IMG/VR virus record: IMGVR_UViG_3300017963_000189
Source: a virus
Lineage: Duplodnaviria; Caudoviricetes
Direction: 5' to 3' (one strand)
Length of the DNA stretch: 64,000 nt
This document shows, one piece after another, positions 1 through 9,285 of this stretch. Every line of letters begins with the position of its first letter. The first letter of the stretch is position 1. The notes below the pieces were generated by a model. That model did not search any database, was not told where the DNA came from, and was given only the letters and a program-made list of their open reading frames with translations. The translations under genes were made by a program, and so were the position numbers.

Positions 1-16
1 TTTTTAAACTCTACAA

Positions 17-319
17 TCATACTTTCAACTCATTTATTCTTTTACCAATACGTGTAGATGATTCATACACTACTTGTTGTTTACCGGTTTCGGTGTTAAT
101 CACTTTGATGAATCCCCAATCTTTTTGATTCGCCCAACGATTGATAGTTTCAATAGCTTCCGTCATAGAAACAACATTATTGTGTCCACTGGCCCACTGT
201 AATCTGTAGATTCTTGGATTATCTTCTTTGTTTTCATTTGTTTCGTCGATAATCTTTTGGACGATGTTTTCATAATCACTCATTTTAATCTCTCCTATAT
301 TATGTTGGTATCTTGTCAA
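17..319 (-). CDS. hypothetical protein (100 aa)
   Basis: ORF track; overlaps the neighbouring gene in a coupled minus-strand run. Confidence 0.6.
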   Translation of the reverse strand: MTRYQHNIGEIKMSDYENIVQKIIDETNENKEDNPRIYRLQWASGHNNVVSMTEAIETINRWANQKDWGFIKVINTETGKQQVVYESSTRIGKRINELKV

Positions 320-899
320 ATTCTAAACCATACTTTTCACACAACTTTATACAATTTCTGTACGCTGAAAAGGCTTCATGTTCATTATCACTTTTTGACA
401 ATCTTTTTAATTTTTTTACTTTTTTAAATTCTTCATGAGTCATATTCCCATAAATAAAATTTTCCACCGTAGGAACATTATCTCGTTCTATTTCTTCATG
501 TAACAAACGACCGACTTTCCTATCATGTTCTTTCGTCGCAGTTAACGAATTTCCAAACATCATATTCGAAATGTTTTCATTACGTTGTGCGTCTTCATCT
601 TTATATTCATACATCAAAAAATAAAGAAAATTCAATATTGGTGTATGTACCGTAGGAATAAACCCATGTTCCTTTACAACATCGGCTTCCGATTTTCCTC
701 GTCTTTTACCATCTTCAAGTAAAAGTTGTTGTTTTCGTGTTCCTTCCTCAATCCTTTTTTGGTATCGCTCATTATAATTATTAGCGACCTCATTCAAACC
801 CTCTTTTGATTTTTTGACCTTTTTGACCTGATCCACTATTCTATTACTCAAAATTGGATCATCTTTTAATATCGCCATGAGCGATGTACTCTTATTCAT
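300..899 (-). CDS. hypothetical protein (199 aa)
   Basis: ORF track; SD-like AAAGGTG and ATATTTATAT motif upstream. Confidence 0.7.
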   Translation of the reverse strand: MNKSTSLMAILKDDPILSNRIVDQVKKVKKSKEGLNEVANNYNERYQKRIEEGTRKQQLLLEDGKRRGKSEADVVKEHGFIPTVHTPILNFLYFLMYEYKDEDAQRNENISNMMFGNSLTATKEHDRKVGRLLHEEIERDNVPTVENFIYGNMTHEEFKKVKKLKRLSKSDNEHEAFSAYRNCIKLCEKYGLEFDKIPT

Positions 900-924
900 A
901 CGTCACCTTTCTATTATACACTAC

Positions 925-934
925 ATATAAATAT
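925..934 (-). promoter_or_regulatory. putative late-promoter motif ATATTTATAT
   Basis: Same 10-mer recurs in nine intergenic gaps (see findings). Confidence 0.55.
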
Positions 935-959
935 ATCTTTATTTTATTTACCCTCTTTT

Positions 960-3758
960 TTACCCAAATTTAATAGAACCAAGTATTTGATTTATAGGGG
1001 CAAACGTTCCGGTCAACTTATAAAGTTTATCCTTATACATAAATGTAATTCCTTCAGTTGGCACTATAGCATCAAATCCACCGATTGCATTCAATCTATC
1101 AAGTTGTACTTTCAACTTTTCCATCTTCTTTACATCATTCGCCGTTTCAAGTTCCTTTATCGTAGAGTCCAATTCTTTCTTCATTCGTTGTTGTGACGAT
1201 TCTGGGGCGACCGCAAGAAATTCATTCAAATTCTTTAACACCTGAGCACCTAACTCCAAAAATAATAATTCAAATGGTTGTAAATTCTTCTTAACTTGAA
1301 CAGCATGTTTCGTCTTGTCATACTTTAACGCCCAATCCAAAAACTTCTTGTCGTCTATTTCCTTTTTCATATCGTTGACCTTGTATGACTTGTCATTGTA
1401 CGCCCAACGTTTTATCAAATTCGTCAATACACTGTTTGGAAGTTTATATTTCTTCTTTTTCGCCTCTTTTGTAATAAAATCTTCCCACCATTTTTGATGA
1501 TACATAATGATTAAATCACTATCTTTTAATCCATATTTACTTTTTAACTTATTTAACCTATTATTGAACTTCGATTTTTGTTTTGAAAAATCTTGTGACT
1601 TTGGTAATGTGATAATTGGATTTTTTGAAAGTTTGAAATTCTCTTGAACCTCTTGATTTATTTGACGTATCATTCCATCTAACATTCTCGCTGATTCAGT
1701 ACTTCCGCCCACAGGATTTCCATCTTCATCATATTCAATCGATCCGTGAAAGATTAAAATAGGAAAATCATAAGGTACTACATTCGTTGTTGCTGGATAA
1801 ACTACTTCAATGTTCATGAAATTTTTACCTTCATCAAATACTTTTCTTCGTTGTTTTTCACTCAACTTTGATATAGCATTTTCCATATCTTTCATAGCAA
1901 ATGTAAACGCATCATGAATCGCACCACGTCCGGCAAACATATCACTTATTTGTTGTGTCGTAAGGGCTTCCGCTCCAAAATTTTTGATGTGTCCTTTGTT
2001 TCTTGCAGCGATTAATTTTCCATCTTTCCACGAAACCATAATGTTTTGACCATCTATTTTTTCTTGTACATTTTCAAGGCTTCCCTCAAGAGCCGTATCA
2101 ATCATTGTTTTTAAGTCGCCAAAAGTTAAATCCCAATCATCAAATGGATGGGCAAGATGTCCAAACGCACCGCCTTCATTCAATACTTGTTTGTCGGTCA
2201 TTACATTGTTTGTCCACCATTCTTTTGAAAAAATACTTTCCTCTAATGGTTGTGATGCGTCACTCGTATCTTGTACTAATGGTTCATGAGTCGCCATTTC
2301 TTTCTTTGGATCATCGATGATATTATCTTTCTTCTTATCACCTAATAACCAATCAACTACCTCATATCCCAAACGATTGGCGATGTGATCCATGTGTGAT
2401 TTGTATTTCGCTATTGGATCAGGATAAGTTGTGTCTCTTACTCCCACGTCACCAAATGAAACATCACTTACATGATCATATTTATATCTTTGATCAGCAT
2501 ATTCCTCTTTATCACCAGCTAAATAATCTACAATCTGCCATCCTAACTTGCCAGTTATTTCGTCCACGTCTCTATGATAATTGTTTGGATGTTTATAGAA
2601 TGTGGCTGGCCCGTCGTCAACGGAAGCATCATCCGCTTGAGTTACCTCAAGTAATAGTTGTTTTACATTTACTTCACTTAAAAAATCCTCTATTACGCTT
2701 GTCGCCAAGATTACACTCTCACTAAGTTTATTCGTGATCAAATCAAATGTTTTTTGATCAAATTTTCCATAAAGTTTTTTGTATAAAGCTTTCTTTCCCT
2801 TTTCACTTAATTGATCACTACCAAATAAATTTCTTAGTTGTGTTCCACTTATATTCTTTCCTGCTACATCTATCTTGAGTATAGGAGCAGTAATGTAATA
2901 ACCCTCTTGATCAAATCCTTTTACATTTTTTCCGGTCCACGGTTTAAAATATTTTCCACCAAGGCGACCAGCATCTTTTTCACTAAATACCGTCACATAA
3001 GCAGTTTTACTTGGATCATATTTCTTTTTAATTTCTACAGGATTAAATGGATTTTTTACTTTAACTATATTACCCTTTGGTATATCAAAGTTTTTAGAAA
3101 TTATTTGTTTCTTTTCCATAAAGTTAAAAGGCGATCTTCCTGGCTCAACTTTATCAGATGTACCGATAAAAGTATTCTTCTTTCCAAACTTTTTCGCTAA
3201 TAAATCATACATAGAATAATGACCTTTATGAAATGGTTGAAATCGACCTGCAGTTACAGCAACTACGTCCTTTACTTCGTTTTCTTCCTCTTTCACTACC
3301 ATTTTCTTCGGATTCGCCAACCATGAATCATTACCAAATCTACCCTCTCCAAGTTGTGAAGCACTATCATCAAAAGTCGTTAACGCTTGTTCTAATGGTA
3401 AATCTACTTTCGTTACTGGAATGGTGTAATCGTCGCCATGTACTTCTTTATAGGCTAACCATCTATGATGTCCATCAAGTATCTTTCCCTCTTTTGATAC
3501 AAATAAAGGATGTGTTACCCAATCAGTTTCCTGTATTTTCTTTTTTAAACTCTCAAGTTTCTCCGGTATATAATCTTCTTGAGTCGGTTTTAAATCACTA
3601 CATTTAGCATTTCCTTGTTCATATCCAATATCATTTTCATCAAAGATTTTCAATACCTCGTCCACATCCTTGCCCTTGACCTGAGGCATATCTTTCCTCT
3701 CGATCTCTTGTATCATTTCTAAAATTATCGTTTCACTAAACTTCTTTATGTTATCCAT
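960..3758 (-). CDS. multidomain protein: ParB/Srx-like + HIGH-type nucleotidyltransferase + unknown domain + ATP-dependent ligase-like domain
   Basis: DLKPTQ...ILDGHHRW (ParB-like); GRFQPFHKGH...ISGTQLR (cytidylyltransferase-like); EKIDG...EGITF..LYKLT (ligase motifs I, IV, V). Confidence 0.75.
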   Translation of the reverse strand: MDNIKKFSETIILEMIQEIERKDMPQVKGKDVDEVLKIFDENDIGYEQGNAKCSDLKPTQEDYIPEKLESLKKKIQETDWVTHPLFVSKEGKILDGHHRWLAYKEVHGDDYTIPVTKVDLPLEQALTTFDDSASQLGEGRFGNDSWLANPKKMVVKEEENEVKDVVAVTAGRFQPFHKGHYSMYDLLAKKFGKKNTFIGTSDKVEPGRSPFNFMEKKQIISKNFDIPKGNIVKVKNPFNPVEIKKKYDPSKTAYVTVFSEKDAGRLGGKYFKPWTGKNVKGFDQEGYYITAPILKIDVAGKNISGTQLRNLFGSDQLSEKGKKALYKKLYGKFDQKTFDLITNKLSESVILATSVIEDFLSEVNVKQLLLEVTQADDASVDDGPATFYKHPNNYHRDVDEITGKLGWQIVDYLAGDKEEYADQRYKYDHVSDVSFGDVGVRDTTYPDPIAKYKSHMDHIANRLGYEVVDWLLGDKKKDNIIDDPKKEMATHEPLVQDTSDASQPLEESIFSKEWWTNNVMTDKQVLNEGGAFGHLAHPFDDWDLTFGDLKTMIDTALEGSLENVQEKIDGQNIMVSWKDGKLIAARNKGHIKNFGAEALTTQQISDMFAGRGAIHDAFTFAMKDMENAISKLSEKQRRKVFDEGKNFMNIEVVYPATTNVVPYDFPILIFHGSIEYDEDGNPVGGSTESARMLDGMIRQINQEVQENFKLSKNPIITLPKSQDFSKQKSKFNNRLNKLKSKYGLKDSDLIIMYHQKWWEDFITKEAKKKKYKLPNSVLTNLIKRWAYNDKSYKVNDMKKEIDDKKFLDWALKYDKTKHAVQVKKNLQPFELLFLELGAQVLKNLNEFLAVAPESSQQRMKKELDSTIKELETANDVKKMEKLKVQLDRLNAIGGFDAIVPTEGITFMYKDKLYKLTGTFAPINQILGSIKFG

Positions 3759-3759
3759 A

Positions 3760-4314
3760 TTATTTTCCTACTTTTTGATACAACTTATCTTTTATCTTTG
3801 GATTTATTTCTATCTTTTTCGCCTCTAAATAATCCAAGGCTTTCTTGTATTTTAATTGTTGTTTTGGTGAAGGCTTATCACTCAAGTTGTCCTCTAAATC
3901 TAATAACTTTATATCAAACGCGGTTGGCGACATCTTAGCCAATTTGTAAAGATATGTAGAATAATCTATACCTTTATCATGTGACATAATCGTTACTAAC
4001 TTAGCAATCGTTCCACCAAATAACTCTTTTATCCTCTTTAGAGTCCTTTGTGGATTTTTAGAATCTTCATACGTATCATGTAATATAGCAAGAATTTGAT
4101 GTTTCTTTGATAACCCTCTCTTTTTTGCGCGGTGATACACCCGCATTGGATGTACCATATAGGGCAACGGAGATTTCTTTCTCCATTGACCGGAATGAAC
4201 GTCACGAGCTAAATCAATAGCTTGTGTGACTTGATCTATTTCTACTAACGCAATATTGAAACGAAAGTCGTCATATTCTTCGCTTATTAATTGACGTATC
4301 GATTCTCTTAACAA
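3760..4314 (-). CDS. RelA/SpoT-type HD hydrolase (Mesh1/small alarmone hydrolase-like)
   Basis: HSGQWRK..PYMVHP..V, AILHDTYED, IKLLDLEDN. Confidence 0.8.
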   Translation of the reverse strand: MLRESIRQLISEEYDDFRFNIALVEIDQVTQAIDLARDVHSGQWRKKSPLPYMVHPMRVYHRAKKRGLSKKHQILAILHDTYEDSKNPQRTLKRIKELFGGTIAKLVTIMSHDKGIDYSTYLYKLAKMSPTAFDIKLLDLEDNLSDKPSPKQQLKYKKALDYLEAKKIEINPKIKDKLYQKVGK

Positions 4315-4326
4315 GAGTATTCTCCG

Positions 4327-4872
4327 TTATTGTAATATATTCTCCACTTGATACATGACCATTTTGGCTTGTATTGTATCTAAATCGTGAAATCTCTTTT
4401 TCGCCCAAGCTTTGACTTTTGCACTCGGCTTGTAATCAAACTCAACATATTCCTTCAAAGTCTTTTTGTGTTTCTTTGGAAGTTTGTTGAATTTCTCAAT
4501 CAAGTTTTTGACCATCTTTTTGTCAGGTATTGAAATGTTCTCCGTAAATAATTGTTGTTTTGACTTCTCAACAACTTTTACTTCATTCACTAACACTTGA
4601 CGTTTTTCAATCAAATATTCTTCTCTCAAAGGCTCAAATACTACATCCTTTACCTTTACTTCCATTGACGCCTTTCCCTTTGGATTTTTGAAATTGTCCA
4701 TCGGTGGTAATTGGATTTTACAATTACCTAATACGTCAATCGTTCCTTCGAATACTCGATTTACATCCTCGTCTTGTAATACCAATCGCGCGGTCGCATC
4801 CTTTAATTCTGCTCCCTCAATCTTGATTTTACATTCCAAAACTTGTTTACGATCACTATGAAATCTTAACAT
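4327..4872 (-). CDS. hypothetical protein (181 aa)
   Basis: ORF track; GGAGA SD upstream. Confidence 0.7.
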   Translation of the reverse strand: MLRFHSDRKQVLECKIKIEGAELKDATARLVLQDEDVNRVFEGTIDVLGNCKIQLPPMDNFKNPKGKASMEVKVKDVVFEPLREEYLIEKRQVLVNEVKVVEKSKQQLFTENISIPDKKMVKNLIEKFNKLPKKHKKTLKEYVEFDYKPSAKVKAWAKKRFHDLDTIQAKMVMYQVENILQ

Positions 4873-4884
4873 TATTTATCTCCA

Positions 4885-7743
4885 TTAAAATTGATGTCCA
4901 CCTTCACACCATTTTGTATATCTCGCAGTTAAATTTATAATAGCAACATTACCATCATACGGATCACCTACTGGACGTTCTATTGATACCCACAACATAT
5001 CACCAAATGAACCGCTTCCTCGACGAGAAACCATATCATCAACTGTCAAGTCAACATCATATGTTTTTTGTACATTGAGAGCAGATGGCGGAGGCACACT
5101 AATAGACATTGATTGTTGTGATCCATTTCCGGCATATGTTGGAGCATCACCCGTACCAGTATAAACACCATCACCATCACCAGAATATCCCCAACGAATA
5201 TTCCAAGATATATTATTTGCTTCGGTTGTTGTTCCAATAACAGACCACCTTATTTGAATTGGACAACTTGTATCCAAATCTTCAGGTAAATAGGCATTCA
5301 AACCAATCCTATCTGTTGCCCCATTGGCGAATAAGTTTTCAAGACGACCAACATCTAATGTGTCGCTCAAATAAACGTCTTGATTACCTGGTGAAGCTGC
5401 AGCAGCTTGAACCAAGTTTTGATCCCACGGTAATGTTCCCCACGGTCTTGCACGACCAAAATATTCCATAAATCCATCTTCATTTATTTCCATTCTATTT
5501 GAATGTACCTTTACTTGATCTAACTTTACTGACCTTGATATAGGAGATGTTATTCTCCAGCGTGTCCAATATAAGTCAGTTCCATATCCAACCGGATCAT
5601 TCTTTTCCCAATCTTGACCCATTCTCCAATCAAATCTATATTGAAATGAACCAGTACGACCAGTTTGTGATAAACCTAATGGAAGATATTCGGCGGATGC
5701 TTCAGTTACCATATGATTATATTTCTTCCATCCACCTGCAGTATAATATTCACCAATAACAAGTCCACTACCAGTTTCTAATGCTTCTATTGAAGTCATT
5801 TTTTGACCAAATACTTTTTTGTAACCAACAGAATCCCGCATAGTAGAAGCAAAATAAAGCATATTGTCACTACCAGTATTAGTAAACTCAACATATAAAC
5901 CATCATCTATTGTACTTCCCGACACAGTTACATCTTTATATGTCAATGTTCCAGTATCAAAAGTATAAATCAACATTCCACGAGTATACGAATCACCTTC
6001 ACCAAGACAAGTTTCAGATGGAAATTCTGGTGAACCAACATGAAGTTCTCCAATAACATTTAATCCTTCATCACCTGTTACATCAGATAAAAATGATGTA
6101 TATATGCCAGCACTTTGTGTTACGTCAAGTTTTGTACTATCAAACTCATTTCCATTACCAAAGAATTCGCCGGTCGGCGACAAAACTTGTAAATCATATT
6201 CGACAGAGTTTTGAGCGGAAATACTATTACCAACTAATTTAGAATTTGATCCGCTATTTCCTACTTGAGCTGAAATAAGCGCATATTCTACATCACAAGC
6301 CGTTATATGCATTTCTCCACCATCGTTTACAGAAAATGGGCGGTTCACATGATGAAATGACAAAGCAACTCCATCTACTTTTGATGCTGTACCATTATAT
6401 GAACCTTCACATAATATACCAAAACTATTTGTACCAGTATTTGTAGCCGGAACAATATGAAAAGTAGAAACATCCGCATGACTTCCACTTGTTACCCATA
6501 AACCTTTATTTATATTTTTACTTCTTGTTGATAAACCCGATACAATAAGATCTGATGCCGTACCTTCAGAAATAATAGCTGCCGTATCAATGGGCGTTTG
6601 AAGTAATATTTCAAATCCAGTAACCCTAACCGTTCCATTTTTTAAGTGTAAAAATCTATCAGTAGAACCTCCACTATAATTAACATACGTCTTATACATT
6701 GTAACACCGATATTTGGATTATCTACCTCAATACAATAACTACAACTATTGAATAATATATTTTCTATTGGAATACCACCCGCTTCATTAAGTAAAATTA
6801 CAGGTACAGTTCCATAATGTTCAAGTTGAAGATTCGCTATTGCTCCTCTATTACTGAATGTAAACAAATTTTCGCTATTATTATTAGCTCGTAAAACCGT
6901 CGAATACCAAGACCCTTGCCCCATTACAGATACATATGTTGGTATATGAATAGGATTATCTTCATAGTAAATACCAGGTCCTACGGAAACTACATATCTA
7001 TTTACATTTGAACTATCATTTATTGAAGCAACGGCACCACTAACATTTGTAAAATCGCCACCCGACGCTTCAACGCGAATGGTTTTTATATTATATTCTT
7101 TCACTTCCCCAACATCCAACAAAAGCCTTCCCGTAAACGGATCGGATTTTAAAACATGACCTACTTGAATTGCATAATTTGGAGGCGTAGGCTTATCTCC
7201 AGTTAATTCACCAGCAACAGTAGGTGAAAGATATGCCACTTCACCTTCACTAATACCACTCGTATCTATATCATTTACTATACCAAATGATGTTATATAT
7301 CCAATAGAACCGGTTTCTATATCATGTGTTGCAACACCAACTACATTTTCTGACGTTTGAAGTTTATCAGCTTGAGCAAGATACGCATTTGGAATAGAGT
7401 CACCACCGGTTGAACCACTAATATAAACTGCTGATCCATTTGTAAGAGGCACACCATTATCATTATATACCCTTACCCACATTTCTTGACCAACTTGTAA
7501 TGTTATGTCACTTTCATCATTGTATACTGCTAATGCTTTTGAACTACTATCGTAAAATATCAATCCCTCTTTCCATGATGGATTTGGCACATCAGTAGCA
7601 AGTTGTATCTCACTCGCGGTCAATTCAATCGGAATAGGATCACCACGACCATCTAATAACTTATTACTTCCCGATTCATATTGTACAACTCTATGATAAG
7701 TAGCACTTATTCTTTGTCCTCTTAAATCATATTGTCCTGGCAT
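4885..7743 (-). CDS. tail fibre/tailspike-like virion protein with putative beta-helix
   Basis: VVGVATHDI..G.ITSFG fibre-type segment; GGDFTNVSGAV...VSVGPGIYYED...VSVMGQG typical of pectin-lyase-like beta-helix starts. Confidence 0.6.
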   Translation of the reverse strand: MPGQYDLRGQRISATYHRVVQYESGSNKLLDGRGDPIPIELTASEIQLATDVPNPSWKEGLIFYDSSSKALAVYNDESDITLQVGQEMWVRVYNDNGVPLTNGSAVYISGSTGGDSIPNAYLAQADKLQTSENVVGVATHDIETGSIGYITSFGIVNDIDTSGISEGEVAYLSPTVAGELTGDKPTPPNYAIQVGHVLKSDPFTGRLLLDVGEVKEYNIKTIRVEASGGDFTNVSGAVASINDSSNVNRYVVSVGPGIYYEDNPIHIPTYVSVMGQGSWYSTVLRANNNSENLFTFSNRGAIANLQLEHYGTVPVILLNEAGGIPIENILFNSCSYCIEVDNPNIGVTMYKTYVNYSGGSTDRFLHLKNGTVRVTGFEILLQTPIDTAAIISEGTASDLIVSGLSTRSKNINKGLWVTSGSHADVSTFHIVPATNTGTNSFGILCEGSYNGTASKVDGVALSFHHVNRPFSVNDGGEMHITACDVEYALISAQVGNSGSNSKLVGNSISAQNSVEYDLQVLSPTGEFFGNGNEFDSTKLDVTQSAGIYTSFLSDVTGDEGLNVIGELHVGSPEFPSETCLGEGDSYTRGMLIYTFDTGTLTYKDVTVSGSTIDDGLYVEFTNTGSDNMLYFASTMRDSVGYKKVFGQKMTSIEALETGSGLVIGEYYTAGGWKKYNHMVTEASAEYLPLGLSQTGRTGSFQYRFDWRMGQDWEKNDPVGYGTDLYWTRWRITSPISRSVKLDQVKVHSNRMEINEDGFMEYFGRARPWGTLPWDQNLVQAAAASPGNQDVYLSDTLDVGRLENLFANGATDRIGLNAYLPEDLDTSCPIQIRWSVIGTTTEANNISWNIRWGYSGDGDGVYTGTGDAPTYAGNGSQQSMSISVPPPSALNVQKTYDVDLTVDDMVSRRGSGSFGDMLWVSIERPVGDPYDGNVAIINLTARYTKWCEGGHQF

Positions 7744-7755
7744 AATTTATACCCC

Positions 7756-8160
7756 TCATATTATTTCAACGTTCTCTATCGTAACTTTATACTTTTCGTA
7801 TTCTTCTAAAACCAATTCCAAATCTTCTATCGTTACGTTGTATTCATTTATATCTTGTTCGGCAATATGGCGCACACCTTTAAGCGTCAAAATGACCTTG
7901 ACAACTTTTTTCTTATTTACATTGTCAATTTCATCCCACGCGTTCCAGGTATCTTGTTTCGTCCGGACGCCACCTCGGCTGCCACCATAGGCAACTTGTT
8001 TTAAAATCTCAACGACATCATCCGTCCACAAAGCAGCGGTTTCATTCCAAACTTCACCACTACTACCAGCTTGAACTTCTTTACCTTGATACCTTATTAC
8101 CGTTGTTTCAACTCCGTCCCACGTTAAAGGAGCATCAACCCATACATTTCTTTTCGCCAT
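7756..8160 (-). CDS. hypothetical protein (134 aa)
   Basis: ORF track; GAGG SD; ATATTTATAC motif at 8173-8182. Confidence 0.7.
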   Translation of the reverse strand: MAKRNVWVDAPLTWDGVETTVIRYQGKEVQAGSSGEVWNETAALWTDDVVEILKQVAYGGSRGGVRTKQDTWNAWDEIDNVNKKKVVKVILTLKGVRHIAEQDINEYNVTIEDLELVLEEYEKYKVTIENVEII

Positions 8161-8186
8161 ACTTTACCTCAAGTATAAATATATAT

Positions 8187-9056
8187 TTATTTTACTTTCA
8201 TCTTTTTTAGTCGCCTTTTTAAGGCAAATCTATAATCATCTTTCTTTACCCACGTTCCTTTGATTGGCGATTTTCCTGAAGGCTCCCATTTGAAGTATAA
8301 TAATCTATCAACTACTCCATCATCTTTTTGACCATCAGCAACATAATTGTGAAACGCATTACTCATTTCTTTAGCATAGTTTACTATAATAGGAACACCT
8401 ACGCTACGTCCTTCATGTTCCTTTCTCCATTGATCACGCTGTATCGCTAACTCCGGAGATATGTGTAAACAAATAATCGTATTATGAAACCCTTTCTCTT
8501 TTGTTTTTTCTAATCGGGCTAACATCTTGTCAGATTTAGCACCGACAGTATCAATGATTAAAATATTTCCTGCACTCACTATTTTTGTTTTGAATAAATC
8601 TTTTTCTTTAGATTTCGCCAAATCTCGTATGTCAAAATATGTGGCATAATACGGCCTATAAAATGACTTATAAAAATATCGTAATCCCTTTTTACCATTC
8701 ATTTGCCACCACTCAAATGTTAAAGGAAATACTACTTTTTTTCCATCATTATCTTTATATTGAGTTTGTTTTACAAAAAGATCAATGTCTTGTGGCGATC
8801 CTTTAGATTTTTCCAACCAATTAAAATGTTTCTTCGCCGTTTCATACTGGGCAGCTAAAACTTGTTTGTCCGAATTAGTCACCTTATATCCACTAAAACC
8901 GGGAATATATCTCGTTATCTCATTATTAATGAATGTAGATTTTCCGGCGCCAGGAAGCCCCATGAGAACAATACATTGTTTTCCAATGTCCTCTTTGAAC
9001 TCATTGAGAACTTCATTTATCAACTCTCGTATTAGTTCCCGCATATTATTCCCCAT
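8187..9056 (-). CDS. P-loop kinase (AAA_33/zeta-toxin/polynucleotide-kinase-like)
   Basis: IVLMGLPGAGKST, LIIDT, lid-like AIQRDQWR. Confidence 0.75.
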   Translation of the reverse strand: MGNNMRELIRELINEVLNEFKEDIGKQCIVLMGLPGAGKSTFINNEITRYIPGFSGYKVTNSDKQVLAAQYETAKKHFNWLEKSKGSPQDIDLFVKQTQYKDNDGKKVVFPLTFEWWQMNGKKGLRYFYKSFYRPYYATYFDIRDLAKSKEKDLFKTKIVSAGNILIIDTVGAKSDKMLARLEKTKEKGFHNTIICLHISPELAIQRDQWRKEHEGRSVGVPIIVNYAKEMSNAFHNYVADGQKDDGVVDRLLYFKWEPSGKSPIKGTWVKKDDYRFALKRRLKKMKVK

Positions 9057-9283
9057 TATCTATTATATTTTTCACGATATTTAGCATGTAAAAATGCTAT
9101 ATACATTGATCCACTACCACCAGTATTACTTACCGTCATTCCATCAAGAATATACCCACCAGAAATTAAATCAGTTAATTCCTCAGAAAAACTTCCTGCT
9201 CCATTCAAAGTAGCATTGGATATTGTTGCGGTTGTGAAGTCACTTGCAGCATCATATGATCCTGTTTGAAAAGTTATCGACAT
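9056..9283 (-). CDS. hypothetical protein (75 aa)
   Basis: ORF track; coupled by TAATG overlap to the next gene. Confidence 0.6.
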   Translation of the reverse strand: MSITFQTGSYDAASDFTTATISNATLNGAGSFSEELTDLISGGYILDGMTVSNTGGSGSMYIAFLHAKYREKYNR

Positions 9284-9285
9284 TA

